A stretch of DNA of 64,000 bases from Gemmatimonadales bacterium (GTDB lineage: Bacteria; Gemmatimonadota; Gemmatimonadetes; Gemmatimonadales; GWC2-71-9), in NCBI GenBank assembly GCA_965249575.1, contig OZ252244.1, positions 1,504,001 to 1,568,000 on the forward strand, written 5' to 3'. The first letter of the stretch is position 1, and each line of letters starts with the position of its first letter. Both the position numbers and the translations under genes were made by a program. Below are positions 1-8,904 of this stretch, piece after piece. The notes below the pieces were generated by a model. It was not told the DNA's origin. It worked only from the letters and a program-made list of their open reading frames with translations, and ran no database searches.

Positions 1-1474
1 TCATCGCCGTCCCGGGAGCGAATGCCTCGGGATTCTCGAAAAACGCGTCGAGGGTGGCTTCGGTCCACACACCCCCAACGGCGCTCAGTGCCGGTGAATA
101 CTCGTAGGTCGGGCTCGCGGCGATCTCTTTTCCGATGATCCCGAACAGGTCGGGTCCGAGGCGATGATTCGTGCCGTCGCCCGCCACGTGACAGGCGATG
201 CAGCTGCCGTAGGCGGCGAGGGCCACATCGGTCGAGGGATCCGGACGGAGCGAGACGATCGTCCCCTCTTCCGTCCACAGGACGATCCGGCCGTCGGCTC
301 CTTCCTCAACGTCGCGAATGCGCTTCCCGATTTCTATCTGCTCAACGTAGGCAACTCGGCCGTCTCGAATGCGCATCCGGAAGACGCTTTCGGTGAGCAG
401 TGTCGATATCAGAAGATCCCCGCGCCAGTCCTCGAACTGCTCTCCACGGACACGCAGGAGGCCCGAGACGCCAATCGACGGCACCCAGGAAAAGAACGGC
501 TTCTCGAACCCGTCGTGCTCGCCATGCTGCACCGCCACGGGCCATCGCGTGCTGCGGTACTCGGTCCCGTACGTCGCGAGCGGCCACCCGTAGTTGGCCC
601 CCTGCCGGAGCACGTTCAACTCGTCTCCTCCCTTGGGGCCGTGCTCCGTGAGCCAGATCGTGCCGTCCGGATCGACGAGGAGACCCTGCTGGTTCCGATG
701 CCCCGAAGTGAAGAGGTCCGCCGTCTGATTGCCGATCGAAACCAGCAACGTCTTGCCGTAGTCGACCCCCATGTCCTGGGGATACAGCTTCTCGTCGAAG
801 ACGCCGTCGAACTGATGGTCCCCGACCGTCACCAGCAGGCGGCCGTCGTCGAGCAGCGCCATCCTTCCACCGCTCTGAATTCCGGCAAAGGGGTGCCCAC
901 GAACCTTGAGACTCACGCAGGGCTGCGTGTCGTATACAGTAGACCACGGCGCCTCCGTCCCAGGCGTGAGCGGCAACTGAGCCTCCATGACCGAGACGCG
1001 GAGCACGAAGCACTCCTCGTCGCTCTTCCAGACGTGATGCGTCGCGAATACACGTACCCTGCCTCCAGCGACCCGAGCATAAACGTCGGCGACCCGGAAC
1101 CACTGGTTCCGTATCCCGACTTCCGACCGAAAGACACCCGAGTTGATCGGCACTCGCTGCCGGAGCGTGTCGACTGTCAGGGAGTCGGCGTCGTTCCATG
1201 TGAAGAGATAAAGCTCGCCATCCCCGGTCCCGAGGAGATAGCCGTCTCCCACCGACGTGAGGCCACCGCCGGTGGCGAGGGAGTTGGTCACGTAGTGCTC
1301 GTACTCGATGCGCTGCACAGAGTGGTACGTAGTGGAAAGGAGCGATCGCTGGACCGCTGGTGCTGAGTCGGAGATGACGGGAACCTGTGCGGCGACCGGA
1401 TTCGTCCACGGCGCCGCCACAAGACCCGGCAGGGCCAACCGGGCAACGAGAAACATCCTGGTGTGAATCCGCAT
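1..1474 (-). CDS. PQQ-dependent glucose/sorbosone dehydrogenase-family protein with C-terminal class I cytochrome c; 3' end runs off window
   Basis: Not in the ORF track because no stop lies in the window. Hand translation from ATG 1474 (GGAG upstream) gives MRIHTRMFLVARLALPGLVAAP (signal-like), GHRNQQGL, TEHGPKGGDELN, GANYGWP, SWVPSIGVSG, then CIACH and GPDLFGIIG...YEYSPAL...WTEATLDAFFENPEAFAPGTAM. Confidence 0.85.
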   Translation of the reverse strand, partial: MRIHTRMFLVARLALPGLVAAPWTNPVAAQVPVISDSAPAVQRSLLSTTYHSVQRIEYEHYVTNSLATGGGLTSVGDGYLLGTGDGELYLFTWNDADSLTVDTLRQRVPINSGVFRSEVGIRNQWFRVADVYARVAGGRVRVFATHHVWKSDEECFVLRVSVMEAQLPLTPGTEAPWSTVYDTQPCVSLKVRGHPFAGIQSGGRMALLDDGRLLVTVGDHQFDGVFDEKLYPQDMGVDYGKTLLVSIGNQTADLFTSGHRNQQGLLVDPDGTIWLTEHGPKGGDELNVLRQGANYGWPLATYGTEYRSTRWPVAVQHGEHDGFEKPFFSWVPSIGVSGLLRVRGEQFEDWRGDLLISTLLTESVFRMRIRDGRVAYVEQIEIGKRIRDVEEGADGRIVLWTEEGTIVSLRPDPSTDVALAAYGSCIACHVAGDGTNHRLGPDLFGIIGKEIAASPTYEYSPALSAVGGVWTEATLDAFFENPEAFAPGTAM

Positions 1475-1578
1475 CGAATCGTGCTCCACTTTAGTTAGGG
1501 AGTTCGCATTCGCAATGGGGCGCGCTCGAAGCTACGACCGGGACGGCGGCGCAGTAAAGGGAACTGACTCCGCCTTCA

Positions 1579-2820
1579 CTATTCAACGGACCTGGCGCCC
1601 ACCACGCACAGCGCCGCCGCGCCTGCGGCGCTCGCAATCAACGCTACGCTGCCGCCGAGCTGTGAGTACAGCAACCCGAACAGCAGGCCTCCCGGCAGTG
1701 CGGACATCCCTGCGCCCGCATGATAGGCACCGAACGCGCGGCCCCGCCTGAAGGTGCCACCGCGCGCCGCGACGAACGCGCGTTCGGCGGCTTCAGTCGC
1801 CGCCGCTACCAAGCCGAACATCAAGAACCACGCGACCGCAGCTCCGGAGGAGGCCGCTGCCGCCAAGCCGCCGCAAGCCACGGCGTAGATCGCCCAGCCA
1901 CCGATCATGGCGCGCGCGGCGCCGGCCCGATCGCTCAGCAACCCACCTGGATAGCTCGCCACCGAGCGCACGACGTGCAATGCGCCCCAGACGAGCGGCA
2001 CCAACGAAACTGCAAGGCCAAGGTCCTGGAGGCGGAGGAGAAGCAAGGTCTCGGGAAACCGAAGGAATGCGAAGACAACGATGAACGCGATAAGCGAGGG
2101 TGTTGCCGCATTGGGTGCCTCGGCGGGTCGGTCGCTGGGCCGAGCCCCGGACGCATCGGCCGACGCCTCGCGGGCCTCCGCTCGAAGCGCCCATGCGACC
2201 AGGAGCACGGCGAGCACGCCCGGCAGGAGCGTCCACCGGATCACCCGGTCGGGAGCCATGGACCCCAGCGACAGCATCGCCCATGCGATGACCGGGCCAG
2301 CGACCGCGCCTGCGTGATCCATTCCCCGCTGAATCCCAAAGGCGCGCCCGCGAACCGTCGGAGGCGTCGCATCCGCGATGACCGCGTCCCGGGCCGGAGT
2401 CCGAACACCCTTGCCAAAACGATCCGCGGCGCGGAGCCCGATCACGTGCCACGCGGCACCCGCCATGCCGATCGCCGGGCGAGCGACGGAGGCCACGGCG
2501 TACCCCGTGATCACCAGCGGGCGGCGCCAGGCCCGGCGGTCGGCAATCCACCCGGATGCGAGCTTCGATCCCGCGGACACCGTCTCCGCGATCCCGTCGA
2601 ACAGGCCGAGTGTGACGGCACCGCCGCCCAGTACCCGGGTGACGAGCGCCGGGACGAGCGGATACACCATCTCGCTCGCCAGGTCGTTCAAGAACGACAC
2701 GGCGCCCAGCGAGAAGACGACCTTCGGAATGCGCTCTTGTGAAGTGGAAATCGAAACTCTTACGGAACGCCCGGACCCCGTCGCTGGCTCGGGATTGCGC
2801 CCGTCACTCGTCCAGGCCAA
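1579..2820 (-). CDS. MFS transporter (start uncertain)
   Basis: Many hydrophobic helices; LGAVSFLNDLASEMVYP, GWIADRRAWRR, DRFGKGVRTPARDA, GLLSDRAG motifs. Confidence 0.9.
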   Translation of the reverse strand: MAWTSDGRNPEPATGSGRSVRVSISTSQERIPKVVFSLGAVSFLNDLASEMVYPLVPALVTRVLGGGAVTLGLFDGIAETVSAGSKLASGWIADRRAWRRPLVITGYAVASVARPAIGMAGAAWHVIGLRAADRFGKGVRTPARDAVIADATPPTVRGRAFGIQRGMDHAGAVAGPVIAWAMLSLGSMAPDRVIRWTLLPGVLAVLLVAWALRAEAREASADASGARPSDRPAEAPNAATPSLIAFIVVFAFLRFPETLLLLRLQDLGLAVSLVPLVWGALHVVRSVASYPGGLLSDRAGAARAMIGGWAIYAVACGGLAAAASSGAAVAWFLMFGLVAAATEAAERAFVAARGGTFRRGRAFGAYHAGAGMSALPGGLLFGLLYSQLGGSVALIASAAGAAALCVVGARSVE

Positions 2821-4426
2821 GCCCCCACCGCATCAGACTCACCGGCAACCCGCCGTAGGGAAGCACGGCCTCGTGAAAGCTCCGTAGGGAGTAATCCGCT
2901 CCTCGCGATTCCCGGAACGCGTCGCGGAGCGCTCGAATCTCGCGCCGCCCCACCGCGTAACTCAACTGGTAGGCGGGATAGGCGCAGTACCTGCGTACCT
3001 CCGACTCGGCATTGTGGCGCTCGAAGTGAGTCTGCTCCATGAGGTAGGACACCGCCTCGTCGAACGCCAGGTCGCGCGTGTGAAGCCCGACGTCGAGCAC
3101 GATTCGCACCGCCCGCCACAACAAGTTCACCTTCTGAAAGAACTGCTCCTCCGGGGAGTAGAAGCCCTCCTCACCCATCATCTCCTCACAGTAAAGGGCC
3201 CAGCCCTCGATCGTGAGCGGGGTGCCCAGGATCTTGCGGGCCAAGCGCGGCTGCGACTGTGCGACGAGGAACTGCAGGTGATGGCCTGGATACCCTTCGT
3301 GCAACGCGGTGCAGGCGAGTTCGTGCACGCAGTGGTCGCGCAGCATCTTTTCGGCCACCGCTGCCTCGACGCTCTCGTCAGGAGGCGTGACGTAGAACCG
3401 ACCGGACCGGTCCGCGGAGAACACGCCAGGGGGCTGATAGGCCGCAAACGGCGTGAGCGGCTTCAAGAACGACGGTGTCTCCAAGACCTCCAGCGGGCCA
3501 GCGGGCACCGGCACTAGCTCGCGATCGACCACGAACTTGTAGGCCCGCTCCATCTCGCAGGCGTAGGCCGGGACCAGCTCCGATCTAGTCGGGTGCTGGC
3601 CCCTCAGCCGGTCCACGATGTCCGGCCACCGTGCGCCCGTGTCCAAGTCGCGGGCCATCCGCTCGAGCTCGTGATTCGTTTCCTCCACTAACCGCACACC
3701 GTATCGCCAAAGCTCCGGCGCCGTGTGCCGGAGTGCGTGCTGGTAGTGCAGGCGAAAGTTGAACGCATCCTCCCCAATGGCAAAGCTGCCATTACCTGAT
3801 TTCAGCAAGTCGTCCGAGAGGTATCTCGCAAAGGATCCGAGGCTCGCCTCGGCCCGTTCCCGGACCGCGCCGAACTGCTCGTCGCCTGTGGGTCTCAAGT
3901 TCGCGGCAACATCGGCGATGAGCCGTGCGCCGCCCTCCACCATTTGGAGCGCAGTTTCGACGAACACCTTGGGGCATTCACCGAGGGTGTCTTCGGCGGT
4001 CTCCAGGAATGCTGGGATTTCCCTGAGCCGTCCGGCCGCGGCCCTCGCGCGATGATCACTCGATCGATCCCTAGCGGCCAGCAGGGTGTAGAGTCCGTCC
4101 AGAAGATGCGCAAGGTGGAAAGACGGGTCGGTGCCGTGTGGGCGTTCCTTCGTGAGGCGTTGGACCGCAACGCGAAGCTCGTTCAACAGCGCGGTCCGGT
4201 CGATCTCGTCGTCGAGGGTCAAGACCGAGACGTCTTCGAGCGCGGCACCCATCGATTTCAGCGCCGCGACGTGCTGCCGGGTGTCCTCTTCCGAGTATCG
4301 CCCGAGCCGGTGGTCGTGCTCGGTGAGCCCCGCCAAGGTCGCTGCGACGGGATCGATGTTCCACTTGAGATCAAGATAGGAAGCGACAAGGCCCGCGAGA
4401 CTATCGGGGGTGGCCAACGCCAGCAC
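2804..4426 (-). CDS. DUF885-family protein (HExxxGH metallopeptidase-like)
   Basis: ALHEGYPGHHLQ, IEGWALYCE, LWRAVRIVLDVGLH, EVRRY..PAYQLSYAVG motifs. Confidence 0.9.
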   Translation of the reverse strand: MLALATPDSLAGLVASYLDLKWNIDPVAATLAGLTEHDHRLGRYSEEDTRQHVAALKSMGAALEDVSVLTLDDEIDRTALLNELRVAVQRLTKERPHGTDPSFHLAHLLDGLYTLLAARDRSSDHRARAAAGRLREIPAFLETAEDTLGECPKVFVETALQMVEGGARLIADVAANLRPTGDEQFGAVRERAEASLGSFARYLSDDLLKSGNGSFAIGEDAFNFRLHYQHALRHTAPELWRYGVRLVEETNHELERMARDLDTGARWPDIVDRLRGQHPTRSELVPAYACEMERAYKFVVDRELVPVPAGPLEVLETPSFLKPLTPFAAYQPPGVFSADRSGRFYVTPPDESVEAAVAEKMLRDHCVHELACTALHEGYPGHHLQFLVAQSQPRLARKILGTPLTIEGWALYCEEMMGEEGFYSPEEQFFQKVNLLWRAVRIVLDVGLHTRDLAFDEAVSYLMEQTHFERHNAESEVRRYCAYPAYQLSYAVGRREIRALRDAFRESRGADYSLRSFHEAVLPYGGLPVSLMRWGLGLDE

Positions 4427-5663
4427 TCGTCTCGTGTTGCGTACCGTTGGCGATGCGATGACACTCCTCGTCGGCCAGCACGCGATCAGCCACCTTCGCG
4501 GCGTTGAACAGTCGCTCGCATAGCGCTTTGTCTGAAGGATCGTATCCGTGCTCCTCGAGCCAGCACTGCACGTTGGAGAGTCCCGAGACCGGGGAAATCT
4601 CGATCCGTTGTTTCAGTCCAAACGAGCCGGCGGGCACGCTGGAATACACGCGGTCCGCGAGCCATGCGTCGCCCTTGCGCCTTGCCTTGATGATCGCAGC
4701 GGCATGTACGCCGGTCCCGGTTCGGAACGCATCGTTGCCCATGACCGGATAGTTGGGCGGCAGGGGCACACCGATCACTTCAGCGGCAAGCTCGCAGTAC
4801 TCGCGGAGCTTAGACACGTCGTGGCGATGGGCACCGAGCAGGTGCAGGTTGACGATCAGCAGATCCATTTCCGCGTTCCCCACCCGCTCGCCGACTCCCA
4901 GAGCCGTTCCGTGCACGCGGTCCGCGCCGGCCTCGATGGCGGCGAGGCAATTGACGAGCCCGAGCCCGCGATCGCGATGTCCGTGCCAATCGACCTTGAC
5001 CGATTCTCCGGAGGGCGCGACGATCTCCTCCTTCACGAAACGGACGAGAGCGCGGGCGCCTTCTGGCGTCGCATGACCGACCGTGTCGGAAAGACAGATG
5101 CGACGCGCGCCGCACCTGATGGCCGCGCCGTACAGCGCTGTGATCGTCTCGGGAAGCGCGCGTGTGGTGTCCTCGGTCACGTACATGACCGGCAAGCCCT
5201 CTTCCACCGCGTACGTCACCGCTTCCTCGGTGTTCTGGAGCATCCGATCCAGGGTCCAGTCTTCGGCGAACTGGCGAATCGGTGAGCTTCCAATGAACGT
5301 CGCCACCTCGATCGGGAGTCCGACCTCCTGGGAGATCTTCGCGATCGGCTCGATGTCTACCACGAGGGTACGGGCCGCGCAATTCGGCGCGATGGGCAGC
5401 TTGGCCTCGACGATTTCTCTCGCGAGCGCGCGGACGCTGTCCACGACGCGCGGGCCGGCGCCGGGGAGGCCGATGTCCGCCGCCGTGATGCCGAGGTCGG
5501 TCATGAAATGGAGCAAACGGATCTTTGCGTCCATCGGGGGGTCGATCGCAGACGGGGACTGAAGCCCGTCGCGAAGAGTCTCGTCGTCGAGCTCGACGGT
5601 CACGGTCGACCAATCGAACCCGTCGCGGCGATTCCAATCGTACACCAGAGAGGATTCGTCCAT
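4401..5663 (-). CDS. LeuA-like DRE-TIM metallolyase (2-isopropylmalate/homocitrate synthase family), no C-terminal regulatory domain
   Basis: DETLRDGLQ, DTVGHATP, HGHRDRGLG, GVGERVGNA, AFRTGTGVHA; ~420 aa. Confidence 0.85.
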   Translation of the reverse strand: MDESSLVYDWNRRDGFDWSTVTVELDDETLRDGLQSPSAIDPPMDAKIRLLHFMTDLGITAADIGLPGAGPRVVDSVRALAREIVEAKLPIAPNCAARTLVVDIEPIAKISQEVGLPIEVATFIGSSPIRQFAEDWTLDRMLQNTEEAVTYAVEEGLPVMYVTEDTTRALPETITALYGAAIRCGARRICLSDTVGHATPEGARALVRFVKEEIVAPSGESVKVDWHGHRDRGLGLVNCLAAIEAGADRVHGTALGVGERVGNAEMDLLIVNLHLLGAHRHDVSKLREYCELAAEVIGVPLPPNYPVMGNDAFRTGTGVHAAAIIKARRKGDAWLADRVYSSVPAGSFGLKQRIEISPVSGLSNVQCWLEEHGYDPSDKALCERLFNAAKVADRVLADEECHRIANGTQHETSAGVGHPR

Positions 5664-5745
5664 GATCAAAGTCTGGCCAGCGGTGGTGGGTCAGTCAAGG
5701 ACGGTTGCGGAAGCGCTCAAGCCCAGGGTAACATGCGCGCGAGCC

Positions 5746-6940
5746 ATGAACAACGCCGTCGCAACGCTCGCCGAGCACCCTGCCGTATCTGCGGTTCGCG
5801 CCCGGCTGGCCGCAACCGACCCAGACACGCTCGCACTTCAGGCCCGCCTGAGCACGATACCGTCTCCAACGGGTGCCGAACGCCAGCGTGGCCTATTCGT
5901 GTGTGACGTCATGAAGAGCATCGGGCTGGACGAAGTGACCATCGACGACGTGGGCAACCGTCAGCGGTTGGCTGGGGAGGAACGGAGCGGCGGCCACGGC
6001 CGTCTTGGCGCACCTCGACACGGTGTTCGGCACTGAGACCGACGTCACCGTACGGCGTGACGGATCCCGCCTCTCGGGCGCCGGCATCTGTGACAACGCC
6101 CGCGGGCTCGCGGGGATGCTCGCCCTCGCACGGGCGATGGCGGAGACCGAATGGAGACCTGCGCGGCCGATCCTCTTCGTGGGGACCGTTGGCGAAGAGG
6201 GAGCGGGCGACCTGAGGGGGGCCAAGCACCTCTTCAGTACGCGGCGGATCTCCGCCATGGCCGCGGTGGCCCTCGACGGCGCCGGCGACAGCCGCGTCGT
6301 ACACCGGGCACTCGGGTCGCGACGCTCCCGGTTCACCTTTCGGGGCCCCGGTGGGCATTCGTGGGCCGCGTACGGCATCGTAAACCCGGCACACGCCGCG
6401 GCGCGATTCGCGTCCGCCATCGCGGACCTCGCCGTGCCGGACCCGCAGCGGACCGCGTGCTCGGTTGTGCGAATCGGCGGCGGGCAGAGCCTCCATACGA
6501 TCCCGCAAGACACGCTGGTGGACATCGACCTGCGAAGCGAAGAATCATCGGCGATCGACACGCTGGGCAGCGTCATTACGTCGCGGGCGCGATCCGCCGT
6601 CGATGCGGAGAACGCCCGACGAACCCGGGGGTCCACCCCTCTCGACCTTTCCATCGACGTCATCGGTGACCGGCCAACCGGCGTCACCCCGGCGACGGAT
6701 CCGCTGGTCGTCGCCGGAGTGGAGGCGACACGCCTCATCGGCCGGCGGCCGGCCCTCGTCGCGGCTTCGACCGATGCAAACGTTCCAATGGCGCTCGGGA
6801 TTCCGGCAATCGCGATCGGAGCCGGCGGCTACGGAGGAGAGGTGCATCTCGCAACGGAGTGGTATGAAAACGAGGAAGGTCCGCTGGGCCTCTTTCGCGC
6901 TGCCCTGGTGATCGCCGCAGCCGCAGGGTTCAGCGACTAG
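5746..6940 (+). CDS. M20/M25/M40 metallopeptidase (PepT-like), split by a +1 frameshift at ~5957
   Basis: Frame 1 gives IPSPTGAE...IDDVGN. Removing one C continues into VSGWLG...AHLDTVF, GICDNARG, VGEEGAGDLRG, GPGGHSW, ASTDAN, H-x-x-x-EWY. Confidence 0.85.
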
Positions 6941-6964
6941 GCACACCTCGCCCGGATACGCCCG

Positions 6965-7951
6965 TCAGCGGGCCGGCGCCTGCTCGTCCTTGGCCACAAC
7001 CATGCGCTCGAGATCTTGCCCAGATATCCGGGTGTCCGCACCCACGAGGGTGTAGCGAAGGTTCGACCGTTCGATCCGAGCACCCGCACCCACGATCGTG
7101 TGCTCGAGCCCCGAGTCCTTCACGACCGCACCGGCATCCAGGGAAACGTTCGGCCCAATCGTGCACGCCTCCAGCTCGACCCCGCCCGCGACGTACACCG
7201 GCTCCACGATCTCGATTCCCTTTCGGGGTGCTGGTCTGCTGGATCGCCCCCCGTCCCGCAGCAGATGGAGATTGGTGTCGAGTAGCGTGTCCACCTTGCC
7301 GCAGTCGTACCATCCGCCGACCTCGGCGGTCAGAATCCGCTTACCCCGGTCGATCATGAACTGAAACGCATCGGTCAGGAAGTACTCGTTTAGCACCTTT
7401 GGCCGGCTCTTGGTCCAGGCAATCCCTTCGAAGAGCGTCTTCCAGTCCCGCATATAGTACAGACCGATGTTTGCAAGCCGGGATATCGGTTCCGACGGCT
7501 TCTCTACGATGCGCTCCATGTATCCGTCGGGATCCGTGACGATCACACCGAAGCGCTGGTAGTCCTCCACTTCCTTGGCCCAGATGATGCCGTCGGCATC
7601 AGTACGAGCGATCTGCGTGAGGTCGGCATCGAACAGGGTGTCGACGAAGATGATCAGCACCGGCCCGTCCACGAAGGGCTCGGCGAGGCCGACGGCCCCA
7701 GCCGTGCCGTCCTGGACCTGCTGCTCGATGAATCGCGCCGGCTGTCTGTAGTGCGACCGAACGTACTCCTCGACGTGGTCCTTGAGGTGCCCCGTGATGA
7801 TGATGAGCTCCTCGACGTCCAACGAATCCACCGTGTCCATTACGTAGTCCATGACCGGGCGCCCTGCCACTTTGATGAGCGGCTTGGGGACGTGCTTCGT
7901 GACGGGCAAGAGGCGCGTGCCCTTCCCTGCCAATGGGATGACGACTTTCAC
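6965..7951 (-). CDS. Sugar-phosphate nucleotidyltransferase (glucose-1-P thymidylyltransferase-like) with short left-handed beta-helix tail
   Basis: IPLAGKGTRLLP...PKPL, QDGTAGA, IVEKP, WYDCG, IGPNVS. Confidence 0.9.
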   Translation of the reverse strand: MKVVIPLAGKGTRLLPVTKHVPKPLIKVAGRPVMDYVMDTVDSLDVEELIIITGHLKDHVEEYVRSHYRQPARFIEQQVQDGTAGAVGLAEPFVDGPVLIIFVDTLFDADLTQIARTDADGIIWAKEVEDYQRFGVIVTDPDGYMERIVEKPSEPISRLANIGLYYMRDWKTLFEGIAWTKSRPKVLNEYFLTDAFQFMIDRGKRILTAEVGGWYDCGKVDTLLDTNLHLLRDGGRSSRPAPRKGIEIVEPVYVAGGVELEACTIGPNVSLDAGAVVKDSGLEHTIVGAGARIERSNLRYTLVGADTRISGQDLERMVVAKDEQAPAR

Positions 7952-8299
7952 TTACACCCTTCCGTATCGGTCCTTGAGACGCACCACGTCGTCGACCTCC
8001 GGGGTCGACGCCTCGAGTAGGTCGGCCGCCGTCACCGCTTCCATCTGATGGATCGTATGCGGCGTGATGTGGTAGCTCTCTCCCTCGGTCATGGTGCGCT
8101 CGGAGAGATCATCTCCCTCTTGCACTCGGAAGATGATCTCTCCATTCAGCACGTGAATGGTTTCGTCCTTTTTCTCGTGGTACTGCAAGCTAAGGACGTG
8201 GCCGGGCTCAATGTGCAGGACCTTGCCCACATACTTGCTGGTTCGAGCCCACACCAACTCATGCCCCCAGGGTTTCTCGACGCGATACGGTACGTCCAT
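7952..8299 (-). CDS. Cupin (mannose-6-P isomerase type II C-terminal-like)
   Basis: VEKPWGHE, LSLQYHEKKDET, H..., EASTPEVDDVVRLKDRYGR. Confidence 0.85.
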   Translation of the reverse strand: MDVPYRVEKPWGHELVWARTSKYVGKVLHIEPGHVLSLQYHEKKDETIHVLNGEIIFRVQEGDDLSERTMTEGESYHITPHTIHQMEAVTAADLLEASTPEVDDVVRLKDRYGRV

Positions 8300-8304
8300 G
8301 GGTC

Positions 8305-8904
8305 TCACCGCTCCAGCGGGTGAAGGGACAACGAAGACGGCGCCGTGACGCACGCGCGTACGCAAACCCCACATCCCACGCAGCCCTCGGCCTTGAGCAC
8401 CGGCCGGCCTTCATCATCGAGCGACAGGGCCGCCTCGCCAATCGGGCATTCCCGGGCGCAGACCCCGCACTCCGAGCCATGAAACGCGATGCACCGCTCG
8501 GGATCCAATTCGAGCGCGCCGAGCCGGAGCCCCACCCATCCGAGCTCGGGAACGCTCAGTGCTTCCGTCGGGCACGCCGCCGCGCATGGCATGTCGGGGC
8601 ACGCGATGCACGCCTCCGTAGCCGCGCGGATGACCGGGGTCCCGGCTGCCAGGCCCGCGTGACTCGATTCGGTAACGATGGCTCCAACGGGACACGCCGC
8701 ACCACATTCTCCGCAGCGGGTGCATGCTCCGAGGAACGCCATCTCGGGCAGAGCGCCGGGCGGGCGCACATACCGTCGGGCCACCACCCGGCGCTCCGCG
8801 AGCGCCACGGCCTGCTCGATGGCTCGGCCGACGGTCTCGCGCAGAAACGTCCGCCGATCGCCCGTCGAGCCCGTCAGAAAGTCGGTTCGAAGCTCGCGAG
8901 CCAT
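8305..8904 (-). CDS. NapF/NapG/MauM-like multi-[4Fe-4S] ferredoxin
   Basis: VRPPGALPE..FLGACTRCGECGAACP, CIACPDMPCAAACP, CIAFHGSECGVCARECP, CVGCGVCVRAC. Confidence 0.85.
   Translation of the reverse strand: MARELRTDFLTGSTGDRRTFLRETVGRAIEQAVALAERRVVARRYVRPPGALPEMAFLGACTRCGECGAACPVGAIVTESSHAGLAAGTPVIRAATEACIACPDMPCAAACPTEALSVPELGWVGLRLGALELDPERCIAFHGSECGVCARECPIGEAALSLDDEGRPVLKAEGCVGCGVCVRACVTAPSSLSLHPLER

Noticed and set aside
164..1409. 400-aa (+) and 355-aa (-) ORFs in the track
   Set aside because: Shadow frames of the real minus-strand dehydrogenase-cytochrome gene; they carry no motifs.
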